From: Candidatus Wolfebacteria bacterium RIFOXYD12_FULL_48_21 | GTDB taxonomy: Bacteria; Patescibacteriota; Minisyncoccia; UBA6257; UBA9933 | Length of the DNA stretch: 64,000 nucleotides | NCBI GenBank assembly: GCA_001793945.1 | Contig: MGIW01000003.1 | Span: forward strand, 129,630 to 193,629 | Direction of reading: 5' to 3' | Part shown: positions 28,460-40,661 of the stretch, in pieces | Layout: the number at the start of each line of letters is the position of its first letter | Position numbering within the stretch: the first letter of the stretch is position 1 | Program-made: the position numbers and the translations under genes | Notes under the pieces: model-generated | What the model saw: only the letters and a program-made list of their open reading frames with translations | Told to the model about the DNA's origin: nothing | Databases searched by the model: none

Positions 28460-31400
28460 ATGAAGCGCGGTTTCGTATTTTCGATGGTACTGATGATGGT
28501 ATTGTCGAATGTGTTTATGGCGAACGCCGCTACCTATACCTTTACCCAGACCAACTGGAGTGGGGGAGTTACCGCAAACAATGCCGTGCATGACACGGGC
28601 AACAATCAGGCACAGCAGAGCTGGCAGCAGTTTTCCACATCAACCGCATCGCTCGCGGTAGTAAACAGCGGAGCTGATGTGCAGATCGGCACTGCGGCAT
28701 CGTCGACCACACAGAGCGACGAGGGGAGTACCGTAACTGGATTCGCACTGGCGGGTGCTTCGAACTCGCAAACGAGCGTCAGTGGATCGGGAACCGGGGC
28801 AAACGTTCAACTTGCGACCGTCCCGGGGCAGTTCGGTTCCGGCGTCGACGGGGCAGTTACGATTTCAACATCGAAAAATATCAACACCGACACGATCGCC
28901 AGCGGCCGCACCTGCGCAGATGGAATTTCATATAACATTGTCGCGCTTACCGCTAATACTGCAACCCTTTCGGGTACCCCTCCGGCGGGATGTTTTGCGG
29001 CAGGCGACAAGGTGATGATTTTGAACGAGCAGGGCTACGGCACGAATGTGACCAATGTGGGTAATTATGAATTTTTGGATGTGCAATCCATTTCGGGCAA
29101 TGTTATTACCTTTACAGAAAGCAAGACTAAATATTATGGAAATGCGGAAGGCAATGATTTTGACTATACCGATTGGCAGCAAGTTTCGGCGGGAAACAGC
29201 CATACCTCGGCGGTAAAGACCGATGGGACGCTGTGGGCGTGGGGGAATAATAGCTACGGTCAGCTTGGACTTGGCAATACCACCAGTCAGACATCGCCAG
29301 TACAGGTGGGGACCGGCACGAACTGGCAGCAAGTTTCCGCGGGCACTTACCATACCATGGCGGTCACAACCGACGGAACGCTATGGGCGTGGGGATATAA
29401 TAGCAATGGACAGCTTGGTTTGGGAGACACGACCCAGCGCACTTCACCGACACAAGTTGGCACCGGCACCAACTGGGCGTCCGTGTCTGCGGGTGGGTTC
29501 CACGCCTTGGCGGTAAAGACCGATGGGACGCTGTGGGCGTGGGGGAATAATGGCTACGGGCGATTAGGAGATGGGACCACGACCCAGCGCACTTCACCGG
29601 TGCAGATCGGAACCGATACAACCTGGCAATCCGTTTCGACGGGAGATATTCACACCTTAGCGGTAAAGACCGATGGGACGCTGTGGGCGTGGGGGCATAA
29701 TGGCTTCGGCCAGCTTGGATTGGGAGACACGACCCAGCGCACTTCACCGGTGCAGATCGGAACCGATACAACCTGGCAATCCGTTTCGGCGGGTTCATCA
29801 CACACCATGGCGGTCAAGACCGGCGGCACCCTGTGGGCGTGGGGGTATAATGGTTTAGGGCAACTCGGCCTTGGCGATACCACCCAGCGGACATCGCCGG
29901 TGCAGGTGGGGACTGATACCGACTGGCAACAGGTATCGAGTGGAGGGGGTCATAACATGGCAGTTAAAGCGGGCGTGGTGCTGGGGACGGGAAGAAATGA
30001 TGCATTTCAGCTTGGGATAACCTATAACCTAAATAGACTGGTGTTTACGCAGTCTGCGCATCAAAAAATCGTATTGCAGCGCATACCCCAGTATACCAGC
30101 GTGGATATCACGGCGACCGGCACTATAACTGCCAGCCCATGGAATGGGGAAAGAGGTGGGGTGCTTGCGTTTTATGCGAGCGGAAATGTGAATGTGCAAC
30201 TTGGAGGAAGTATCAATGTCGTAGGAAAGGGGTATCGATCTGGCAATGGAAGCAACTATGATATATATGAGGGCCTATATGATTATGGGTATGCAGGAGA
30301 GTCATATAATGACACCTTTGGTGAAGGCTATGGGGGTGGCGATGGGTATTGCTCTGAAGTTGGGGGGTGTGCAGATGGGCCCGGTGGAGGAGTCCATACG
30401 GGTGTTTATGGAGGCGCTGCACTTTCCAAGATATTTATGGGTGCTGGCGGAGGAGAGGGTGGCGGATCGCTCGGAGCTGGAGGTGGCATAGTATATATTT
30501 CATCCGATAGCTTGAGTTTAAGTGGTTCGATTTCAGTTAATGGCGGAGGTGGAGATGCGAACGGAGGTGGAGCTGGCGGATCTGCGTATCTTATCGGCGG
30601 GTCGCTTACTGTTGGTACAAATGTTCTTACTTCTACGGGAGGTACTTCTACTTCACCAAATGCAAATGGTGGGATTGGAAGAATTAAGCTTAGCTCAAGC
30701 AGCATTTCAGGAACGACTAACCCAGCTGCGGAGACTTCCGCTCTTCCAACAATATACTATACCTCCGGGGCATATATCTCGGGCGCGATGGACCTTGGTA
30801 ATGTAGGTGGATATACGACGCTTAACTACAGCGCTTCGACAACCGCTCAGACTGTGGTGACTATTGATGTGCGCGCAGGCAACACGGCCACGCCGGATGG
30901 CACTTGGACCGCGTGGACGACCGGCGTTTCGAGTGGCGGAGATATTTCTGCGCTCGGGGCAAACCGTTATTTCCAATATCGGGCGAATTTAGCGACGAGC
31001 GATAATACGCAAACGCCTGCCTTGCACGATGTTTCGGTAGGCTACAGCATTTACGCGACAGACCAGACGCTCACTTCATCGAAGTACGACACAAGCAGCG
31101 CAGACAATGCGATGGGATCCATTGCATGGGATGAGGATGCTTCATTGCCGGCCGGGACGACCGTGACGGTTTCCTTGCGCACCGCGGCAACGGAAGTGGC
31201 TCTTACCGATGCAACATGGTACGCATTCACAAACGCATCCGACGATTGTGCGAAGGTAGATACGACTGTCACCTGTCCGTCAGCCGCGCTTGCCTCTGCT
31301 TCGGCATCGCTCGCCGACAATATTGATGACCAATGGTATCAATATAAGGTGTCGGTGACTTCGACCGGCGTAAACACGCCGACCATCCCGGAGGTGCGCG

Positions 31401-34400
31401 TGCAATATGTGGTAAATGCACCGCCAGAGCTCTCGGCGGTGACCGCAACGCAAATAGCGACATCGAGCGATGCCAACTGGGGCAAGATACAGATAAACTA
31501 TTCAGTGCGCGATATCGACAGTGAAACCGGATCTATTACCCCGGGATATGTAACGCCGTTGTTCGAGTACAATATCGGCGGTGGCTGGGTCGCCATCGAC
31601 GAGGCCAACCTTTCCGCAAATGCGCTCGACAACAAAATAGTTACACAGATAGGCTACACCGCATACAGTGCCACATGGGATGTGCAAACCGCCATTCCGG
31701 CGCAATATTTCGCATCCGCGCAGGTGCGCGTAACCGTCGACGACAACGAACCTGCAAACAATACCGCTCAGGCGACTGCGGCAGAATTCGTGCTCGACAC
31801 AACAGCACCAACCGTTTCGGGAACCATCAATGGCACTTCAAATGAATTGACCTACTCTGTTTCCGACGACCAAAATGTTTCCTATCGTCTTTCAAACAAT
31901 AGCGACGGTTCCTATGATAGCGTAAACGCCGCTTCCGGTTCGTGGGTCGCCGCCGGGGCACCGTCGGCAAGCGCGACCACCACATGGGAACTTGCAGGGG
32001 CACCGAGCAATCAGATCGCATATCTTGAGGGCCGCGATGTGTACGGCAACACGGCATCGACTACTATCATCGGCCCTTCAGCGCCTACCTACTTCGATCT
32101 GAAGGATGCTTCGAATGTGCTTATCGATAACTACCAGATATTCCTTTCATGGAAAGTATACACGGCGACCACATCTGCGTCATTCAACCGATATGAGTTG
32201 TACCGTTCGACCGACGGATATACCTACGGGTTGCGGAGCACCATCACCGATTCAGCGACCAATTACTATACGAACACCGGACTCGCCTCTTCGACCACCT
32301 ACTACTATAAGCTGTTGGCCGTCGACAGTGACGGGGATGTTTCGCCCTATTCCACCGTCCTTAGTCATCAACCAAGCGGACAGGGAGGAACCGACTCTAC
32401 TTCGCCGACCATCTCACTTGTAACGGCTACCGATACGCAATCGACCTATGCGAAGATAACATTCACCACAAATGAACTCGCCTTTGGTACGGTTGAATAT
32501 CATGCGGAAGGAGGCTCGCCGTATGCGCTATCCGAAACCAAGGATACCATTGCAACCGCCCACACGATTGTACTTACCGATCTGACGCCGAATACTACCT
32601 ATACATATCGTGTGCAGGCGACCGATATTGCCGGAAATGAAACAACTGACGAAAGCCTTGGCGCAGGATATACATTTACAACCCGCGGGGGCCCGATCAT
32701 TACCGATGTCACCGCCATTCTTGCCGATGACCGCAATGCGACCGTCGCGTGGAATACAAATGTTGATTCCAATTCGACCTTGGTTTATGCCGAAAATGCA
32801 GTAACACTGACTAACGGCGTAGGCACTACCGCCGTGCAAGACACTTCGTTTGCCGGAGGCGCAGGGCCGCTGTATCAGCACCGTATCACACTGACCAGTC
32901 TTACGCCGCGCACGACATACTATTACTATGTACAGTCGACCGACATTGATGGCAATACGGGTGTAGATAAGAACGGCCTGAATTATTACACCTTTACCAC
33001 ATCGTACGATACCAAGGCACCGACTGTTTCCAATATTACCACCCCGGTGATCACCGAAACCGCCGTGGTTGTACTGTGGAAAACGGATGAACTTTCTGAC
33101 TCACAGGTATCTTATGGCACCGAATCGGGTACCTATACCGAGACCACAACACTCGACACCAATATGTCGATCGTTCATGCGGTAACCTTAACCGGTCTTA
33201 CCGCCGGGACCGACTACTACTATGTAGTCAAATCGAACGACCCTGCAGGCAATGCAACGACTTCGCCTGAACAGAGCGTGACTTCCGCTGATGCGCAAGA
33301 AATATTGATCGTTACCATCGGAGGGGGAGGCGCCGGCAAGACCGATAATCCGCCACCAGATGTGAAGGACACGGCCCCGGCCGCCATCAGCAACATCAAG
33401 ATCGTGAATACGACCGCATTTGGCGCGACGCTTTCCTTTGAAACGAATGAGCCTACTGTGATCGGACTGCGTTATGGCCAAACCACCGCGTATGACCGCG
33501 CGGAGGCAAGTATCGATTGGAAACTGTCCCATGAGATCAAGCTCAGCGGCTTGCGCTTGGGGACCGATTATCACTTCCAGATCAAGGCGATCGACAAGGG
33601 CGGTAACGAAGCATTTTCCGATGACACAACCTTCACGACGAAGTTCATAGCGGAAGCAAGCGAAAGTGCGCGGACGATCGAAAATATCCAGCAGTATGAG
33701 CAGGAGATCGAAGATTCGCTCGCATCCATTTTGCCGAGCATCCTTCCTCCGTTCGTTGAAGATGCACGCGTAACCGACATAACAGAAAGCGCAGCTACCA
33801 TCAATTGGAGAACAAACATCAATTCGTATGCGACCGTTTCGTATGCGACCGAAGAAGAGTATTTGGCTGCAACCACCACCAGGACCGTATACACGGGAGA
33901 GGTTTCCGATATATCCGCAAAGACCCGCGAGCACTCGCTGATATTGATCGGGCTTAAACCGAACACGACCTATCACTTTAAGGCAAAGTCGTTCTCTGTG
34001 CCGCAAGTAGTTGGCGAAGGTCGCGATATGACCTTTATCACAAAGGCACCGGCCGTACAGGCGAGTGTGATCGATGTGAAGACCTCATCGTTCCGCGCCG
34101 CGTGGACAACCGATGTGGCCGCAAGCTCTATCGTGGAATACAAGAACTTGACCACGGGAGTCATCGAGCGCATCATCAACGAACCGTTGGTTACCTACCA
34201 CGATATTCTCGTTGATAATCTTCGCCCGGGAACCCGGTATGAAGTGAAGGTACTCGGGTACAGCGCATCGGGTAACCTGCTTTCCTCGGGAACAGCCATG
34301 AATGTGCTGACTTCTACCGATATTGCGGCACCGAAGATTGGCAACTTCAAGGTTGACGGCGCATTAGTACCGGGTCGCACAGACCGCATCCAGACCATCG

Positions 34401-34711
34401 TGTCATGGACGACCGATGAGCCGGGAACCGGCATCGTAGAATATCAGGAGGGTGCGGGCAGCGTTGCCGATGGGTTTGCCAATAAGGTAACCATCACCGA
34501 CAGCTATGTCACCAACCATGTGGTCATCCTTGCCAACCTGAAACCGGGAACCATTTACCAGTTCAAGATCACATCGGCAGACCAAGCAGGCAACACCGCC
34601 AGCTTCGGCCCGCGCACGATCATCACCCCGCAAAAGGGTGAGTCGATCTTCGATGTCATCTTTAAGAACTTTGAAGATACCTTTAAGTTCTTAAGAGGGG
34701 CGGGGCAGTAA
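28460..34711 (+). CDS. Giant secreted/surface protein: RCC1-like repeats, Gly-rich segment, multiple fibronectin type III/Ig-like domains
   Basis: Signal peptide MKRGFVFSMVLMMVLSNVFMANA; (W..VSAG..H..AVKTDGTLWAWG.N..GQLGLG) repeats; many W.T.E...V.YG...H...L..L.P.T.Y.Y units; start uncertain (28340 or 28460; frame open from 27992). Confidence 0.88.
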   Translation: MKRGFVFSMVLMMVLSNVFMANAATYTFTQTNWSGGVTANNAVHDTGNNQAQQSWQQFSTSTASLAVVNSGADVQIGTAASSTTQSDEGSTVTGFALAGASNSQTSVSGSGTGANVQLATVPGQFGSGVDGAVTISTSKNINTDTIASGRTCADGISYNIVALTANTATLSGTPPAGCFAAGDKVMILNEQGYGTNVTNVGNYEFLDVQSISGNVITFTESKTKYYGNAEGNDFDYTDWQQVSAGNSHTSAVKTDGTLWAWGNNSYGQLGLGNTTSQTSPVQVGTGTNWQQVSAGTYHTMAVTTDGTLWAWGYNSNGQLGLGDTTQRTSPTQVGTGTNWASVSAGGFHALAVKTDGTLWAWGNNGYGRLGDGTTTQRTSPVQIGTDTTWQSVSTGDIHTLAVKTDGTLWAWGHNGFGQLGLGDTTQRTSPVQIGTDTTWQSVSAGSSHTMAVKTGGTLWAWGYNGLGQLGLGDTTQRTSPVQVGTDTDWQQVSSGGGHNMAVKAGVVLGTGRNDAFQLGITYNLNRLVFTQSAHQKIVLQRIPQYTSVDITATGTITASPWNGERGGVLAFYASGNVNVQLGGSINVVGKGYRSGNGSNYDIYEGLYDYGYAGESYNDTFGEGYGGGDGYCSEVGGCADGPGGGVHTGVYGGAALSKIFMGAGGGEGGGSLGAGGGIVYISSDSLSLSGSISVNGGGGDANGGGAGGSAYLIGGSLTVGTNVLTSTGGTSTSPNANGGIGRIKLSSSSISGTTNPAAETSALPTIYYTSGAYISGAMDLGNVGGYTTLNYSASTTAQTVVTIDVRAGNTATPDGTWTAWTTGVSSGGDISALGANRYFQYRANLATSDNTQTPALHDVSVGYSIYATDQTLTSSKYDTSSADNAMGSIAWDEDASLPAGTTVTVSLRTAATEVALTDATWYAFTNASDDCAKVDTTVTCPSAALASASASLADNIDDQWYQYKVSVTSTGVNTPTIPEVRVQYVVNAPPELSAVTATQIATSSDANWGKIQINYSVRDIDSETGSITPGYVTPLFEYNIGGGWVAIDEANLSANALDNKIVTQIGYTAYSATWDVQTAIPAQYFASAQVRVTVDDNEPANNTAQATAAEFVLDTTAPTVSGTINGTSNELTYSVSDDQNVSYRLSNNSDGSYDSVNAASGSWVAAGAPSASATTTWELAGAPSNQIAYLEGRDVYGNTASTTIIGPSAPTYFDLKDASNVLIDNYQIFLSWKVYTATTSASFNRYELYRSTDGYTYGLRSTITDSATNYYTNTGLASSTTYYYKLLAVDSDGDVSPYSTVLSHQPSGQGGTDSTSPTISLVTATDTQSTYAKITFTTNELAFGTVEYHAEGGSPYALSETKDTIATAHTIVLTDLTPNTTYTYRVQATDIAGNETTDESLGAGYTFTTRGGPIITDVTAILADDRNATVAWNTNVDSNSTLVYAENAVTLTNGVGTTAVQDTSFAGGAGPLYQHRITLTSLTPRTTYYYYVQSTDIDGNTGVDKNGLNYYTFTTSYDTKAPTVSNITTPVITETAVVVLWKTDELSDSQVSYGTESGTYTETTTLDTNMSIVHAVTLTGLTAGTDYYYVVKSNDPAGNATTSPEQSVTSADAQEILIVTIGGGGAGKTDNPPPDVKDTAPAAISNIKIVNTTAFGATLSFETNEPTVIGLRYGQTTAYDRAEASIDWKLSHEIKLSGLRLGTDYHFQIKAIDKGGNEAFSDDTTFTTKFIAEASESARTIENIQQYEQEIEDSLASILPSILPPFVEDARVTDITESAATINWRTNINSYATVSYATEEEYLAATTTRTVYTGEVSDISAKTREHSLILIGLKPNTTYHFKAKSFSVPQVVGEGRDMTFITKAPAVQASVIDVKTSSFRAAWTTDVAASSIVEYKNLTTGVIERIINEPLVTYHDILVDNLRPGTRYEVKVLGYSASGNLLSSGTAMNVLTSTDIAAPKIGNFKVDGALVPGRTDRIQTIVSWTTDEPGTGIVEYQEGAGSVADGFANKVTITDSYVTNHVVILANLKPGTIYQFKITSADQAGNTASFGPRTIITPQKGESIFDVIFKNFEDTFKFLRGAGQ
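29173..29990 (+). repeat. About 5.5 tandem 150-bp coding repeats (RCC1 blades)
   Basis: Near-identical blocks such as CGGTAAAGACCGATGGGACGCTGTGGGCGTGGGGG recur at multiples of 150 bp. Confidence 0.9.
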
Positions 34712-35090
34712 GATGAGAGGGTAGAGATGGGAGATTAGAGGTTAGAAAAAGGAGCGCCGTCAGGCGCTCCTTTTTGTATCCTACATGCTATTTGCTACAT
34801 GTTACACCCTTGGCGATTCCTTTTTTGTTGGGGGTATTGTCATCCCGAGTGCAACGCAGCGAAGCAGCGTGAAATCGAGGGATCCGCAGTAAAAACAGAT
34901 TCCTCGTCCGCCGGCTGGCGGATCGGAATGACAATGCGGGGGGGGGAGGTGTGTCACCCCGGCGGATACCGGGGTCCAGGTTTTTGCAGTGGTGCCGCAT
35001 TGTGCTGAAAACTCTGGATCCCGTGTCCCCGTATCGTGGTACGGGGCAGGCTGCGCACGGGATGACAATGCGGGGGGAAGGGCAATGCGT

Positions 35091-35606
35091 CTATTTCACT
35101 TCAATGGTGCGTTCGTTGATGGTGTCTCCATACGACAGGGTAACCGTTATTTTTTCTCGGGGGAGCGCCTTTGTTATGCGCTCGGGCCATTCTACTAAAA
35201 TGATATTCTGTGGGTCGCTTAGCAACTTCTTGAACCCGAGCTCTTTCATTTCACTTGCATCGCCGATGCGATAACAATCGAAGTGGTGCGCTTTTTGAAA
35301 TGCGGGCTCACTGGATACCGGCCTCCGCCGGTATGACAATGCGCGCGGGGATGACAGAGGGAGATGCGGGAATGCCACTGCGGGCAACGCGTAAGAACGC
35401 AGTAAGGTAAATGTTGGGCTCACGATTTTTTTCTTTACGCCAAGCTCGCGCAATAGGCCTTGAATAAATGTTGTCTTTCCGGCGCCTAGATCGCCTTTAA
35501 AAACAACGACAAAAGCGTGCTTCCCCGATTTTGTCCGTGCGACTTCTTCAGCAAACAGCTTTGCTATCTTTTTTGTTTCAGTAGATGAGGTTGTTTTATA
35601 CTGCAT
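35091..35606 (-). CDS. tsaE: tRNA threonylcarbamoyladenosine biosynthesis ATPase TsaE, with in-frame repeat insertion
   Basis: GDLGAGKTTF, VSPTF, HFDCYRI, LVEWPER. Confidence 0.93.
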   Translation of the reverse strand: MQYKTTSSTETKKIAKLFAEEVARTKSGKHAFVVVFKGDLGAGKTTFIQGLLRELGVKKKIVSPTFTLLRSYALPAVAFPHLPLSSPRALSYRRRPVSSEPAFQKAHHFDCYRIGDASEMKELGFKKLLSDPQNIILVEWPERITKALPREKITVTLSYGDTINERTIEVK

Positions 35607-35752
35607 TGATTTTATGATGCAAAAAAGCATAGGAAAATGCAACTGGATACCAGCCGGATCCGCCGGCTGGCGGACTCGTGCCACGATACGGGACCCGCGT
35701 TCGGAATGACAATGCATTTACTGTGTCACCCCGGCGGAGGCCGGGGTCCATA

Positions 35753-36034
35753 CTATAAGTCATCATACAAATCCTTCCATTCAGGATTTTCTTTTTCTAT
35801 TAATTTCAACTTCCAATTCCTGTGCCACTCTTTTAGGCATTTCTCTCTTGCAATCGCGCTACGCACATCAGGCGTCGCCTCAAAATACACCAATCTGTCT
35901 ATGCTATATATTTTTGTAAATCCTTCTATCAGCTTTTCTTTATGTTCGTATACTCTTCTTTTTAGATCATTTGTTACTCCGATATATAATGTTCCATTTC
36001 GTTTATTGGCGAGAATATATATGTAATACTGCAT
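35753..36034 (-). CDS. Small GIY-YIG nuclease (UPF0213-like) flanked by REP palindromes
   Basis: YYIYILANKRNGTLYIGVTNDLKRRVYEHK...AIAREKCLKEWHRNWK...NPEWKDL. Confidence 0.93.
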   Translation of the reverse strand: MQYYIYILANKRNGTLYIGVTNDLKRRVYEHKEKLIEGFTKIYSIDRLVYFEATPDVRSAIAREKCLKEWHRNWKLKLIEKENPEWKDLYDDL

Positions 36035-36174
36035 TTCTTTATTATACTGGATACCGGCCTGCGCCGGTATGACAGTACGGGGAGGTGTGACACCCCGGCG
36101 CGTTCGGAATGACAATGCGGGGCCTCGCACAAACAAAAACAACCCCGGAGGGTTGTTTTTGTTTGAAGGATATT

Positions 36175-36792
36175 TTATCGCTTCTTCCATTGCGGGGCGC
36201 GTCGTGCCTTTTTGAGGCCCGGCTTCTTTCGTTCCACTGCCCGCGGATCGCGGGTCAACAGATCGAGTCTGCGCAAACGCTTCTGGAATACCGGATTGAA
36301 CTTGATCAATGCCCGGGCAATTCCGAGACGCGCCGCTTGCGACTGTGCCATCGGTCCGCCTCCCTTTACTTTAATGATCGCTCCAAGCTTGTCGGAGATT
36401 TTCATCTTTTCGAGCGCGCTCTCGACATCCTTTTCATATCGCTCGACGCCGAAGTATTCTTTCAATGTCTTGTTGTTGATCTTGATGCCCTCCATTTTAG
36501 TGAAGAGGCGAACACGCGCAACTGCCGTCTTGCGGCGACCGACGGCTTCGAAGTACTTGTCCTTCTTTCCGCTGGTTCGCTTCGGTTTTTCCCCGACAGC
36601 CACCTCTTCTATTACCAGAGCTTCGTCTGCCTCCTCCTCTTTGGTTAAGGCTTCGTCGATTCCCTTAACGACCTCGTCTTCAAAAGCTGCCTTCTCCTTC
36701 GCCACAACTTCGGCGGATGAGTCAACAACTTTCTTATCCTTCGACTTGCTCAGGACTTCGTCCTTTTTTGTTTTTTTCGTTGTTTCCGTCAT
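36175..36792 (-). CDS. rpsI: 30S ribosomal protein S9 with long N-terminal extension
   Basis: GRRKTAVARV, KGGG, LTRDPRAVERKKPGLKKARRAPQWKKR. Confidence 0.97.
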   Translation of the reverse strand: MTETTKKTKKDEVLSKSKDKKVVDSSAEVVAKEKAAFEDEVVKGIDEALTKEEEADEALVIEEVAVGEKPKRTSGKKDKYFEAVGRRKTAVARVRLFTKMEGIKINNKTLKEYFGVERYEKDVESALEKMKISDKLGAIIKVKGGGPMAQSQAARLGIARALIKFNPVFQKRLRRLDLLTRDPRAVERKKPGLKKARRAPQWKKR

Positions 36793-36893
36793 ATAAATAA
36801 CCGATAACCAATAACTGATAACTGATAACGGGATGCGGATTGCATCTGATTCCGTTTCATTGTTATGGGTTTTTGGTTTTTGGTTTTTGGTTA

Positions 36894-37235
36894 TTACTCA
36901 ATGATCAACCGCTTCATGCGGGGGACTTGCAATCGGTTCTTTGGCAACATGCGCATGACCGCACGCTTCAACACCTCCTGCTTTCCCTTTTTTGCTACGA
37001 CCTCCGCATAGGTTTCTTCTTTGATCCCACCCATGTATCCGGAGTGGTGATAGTAGACCTTGTCGGATTCCTTCTTTCCGCTGATCGTCATGCCGTCGAC
37101 ATTCTTTACGATCACCCGATCTTCACCCGCGAGCCTTGGCTCGTAGTTCGGGCTTTTCTTGCCTTGTAAGATGGTCGAGATCTCAGTCGCCAGCCGGCCC
37201 ATATTCTGATTTTTTGCGTCTATTGTGTAGTCCAT
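36894..37235 (-). CDS. rplM: 50S ribosomal protein L13
   Basis: IDAKNQNMGRLA, LQGK, YYHHSGYMGG, AVMRMLPKN. Confidence 0.97.
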   Translation of the reverse strand: MDYTIDAKNQNMGRLATEISTILQGKKSPNYEPRLAGEDRVIVKNVDGMTISGKKESDKVYYHHSGYMGGIKEETYAEVVAKKGKQEVLKRAVMRMLPKNRLQVPRMKRLIIE

Positions 37236-37450
37236 ATCTGTGAGCCTTTATTTCGGCTATTGTTTATTTTTACCGAAATAATTGCTTTAAGTCAAATGAA
37301 TCCTTTGGTTGTCTAAATAAGACCATATTTACAGCACTTGTCATTCCGAGCCGCCAACCGGCGGACGAGGGATCTGCAGATTCCTCGATTCCGCGGAGTA
37401 CCGCTTCACTCGGAATGACATCGCATATAATTTCCAAATAAATCCAATTA

Positions 37451-39595
<2,145 letters not shown>

Positions 39596-39693
39596 ATAAA
39601 TAACCTATAACCTATAACCGATAACCGATAACGGGATGCGGATTGCATCTAATTCCGTTTCATTGTTATGGGTTTTTGGTTTTCGGTTGTTGG

Positions 39694-40161
39694 TTATCTT
39701 GCAAAGTGTGCGAAGGCGCGGTTTGCTTCGGCCATCTTGTGCACATTTTGCTTCTTTTTGATCGCGGTTCCTTCGCCCTTATAGGAAGCGATGAGTTCTT
39801 CAGCGAGACGCTCCGACATTGCTTTGCCTTTTTTGGCCCGTGCCGCGTCAATCATCCACTTGCAACCCAAGAAAAACTTTCGTTCTGCGCGTACTTCGCG
39901 GGGAACCTGATAGTTCGCACCGCCAACGCGCTTACTGACAACCTCAAGCAAGGGAGAAGCATTTTCCAACGCTTTCTCGAACACCTCAAGCGGGCTCATC
40001 TGTAATTCCTTTTCTATGATGTTAAATGCACCATATACAACCCGCTCGGCAACCGTCTTTTCGCCGTCAAACATCATGTAATTGATGAATCGGGACAACG
40101 CGATGGAGCCATGCTTCACATCCGGCGTGTGATATTTTTTAAATTTTCTGTTTCTTCGCAT
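39694..40161 (-). CDS. rpsG: 30S ribosomal protein S7
   Basis: RVGGANYQVP, HKMAEANRAFAHF. Confidence 0.98.
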   Translation of the reverse strand: MRRNRKFKKYHTPDVKHGSIALSRFINYMMFDGEKTVAERVVYGAFNIIEKELQMSPLEVFEKALENASPLLEVVSKRVGGANYQVPREVRAERKFFLGCKWMIDAARAKKGKAMSERLAEELIASYKGEGTAIKKKQNVHKMAEANRAFAHFAR

Positions 40162-40241
40162 AAATTTATGATTTAGGATTTATGATTTAAGATTTAAGAA
40201 CCAATTCCCTTGCATCTTAAATCTTGCATCTTAAATCTTTT

Positions 40242-40661
40242 TTACTTAGCTGTCTTGGCTTTTTTCGCGCCATACTTACTGCGACCCTGATTCATCTTTA
40301 CACAACCTGCCGTATCGAGTACGCCACGCACAATGTGGTACCGTACGCCCGGTAAATCCTTTACGCGTCCGCCGCGGATCATAACAACCGAGTGCTCCTG
40401 GAGGTTATGTCCCATTCCCGGAATGTACGCGGATACTTCCATGCCGTTGGTCAAACGAACACGGGCGACCTTGCGAAGCGCCGAGTTTGGCTTCTTCGGA
40501 GTGGTGGTAAACACCTTCAAACATACGCCTCGTTTGAACGGAGACGTAGAGTTCACCGGGCGGTTCAAGATCGTATTGAAATACAACCCCATCGCCGGCG
40601 ACTTGGACTTCAGATTTTTGCTCTGGCGTCCTTTCTTAATTAGTTGTCTAATAGTAGGCAT
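40242..40661 (-). CDS. rpsL: 30S ribosomal protein S12
   Basis: [24 protein letters not shown]. Confidence 0.99.
   Translation of the reverse strand: MPTIRQLIKKGRQSKNLKSKSPAMGLYFNTILNRPVNSTSPFKRGVCLKVFTTTPKKPNSALRKVARVRLTNGMEVSAYIPGMGHNLQEHSVVMIRGGRVKDLPGVRYHIVRGVLDTAGCVKMNQGRSKYGAKKAKTAK

Noticed and set aside
29173-29990. CRISPR array or DGR template/variable repeat pair
   Set aside because: In-frame 150-bp protein repeats; differences are not adenine-specific and there is no reverse transcriptase in the window
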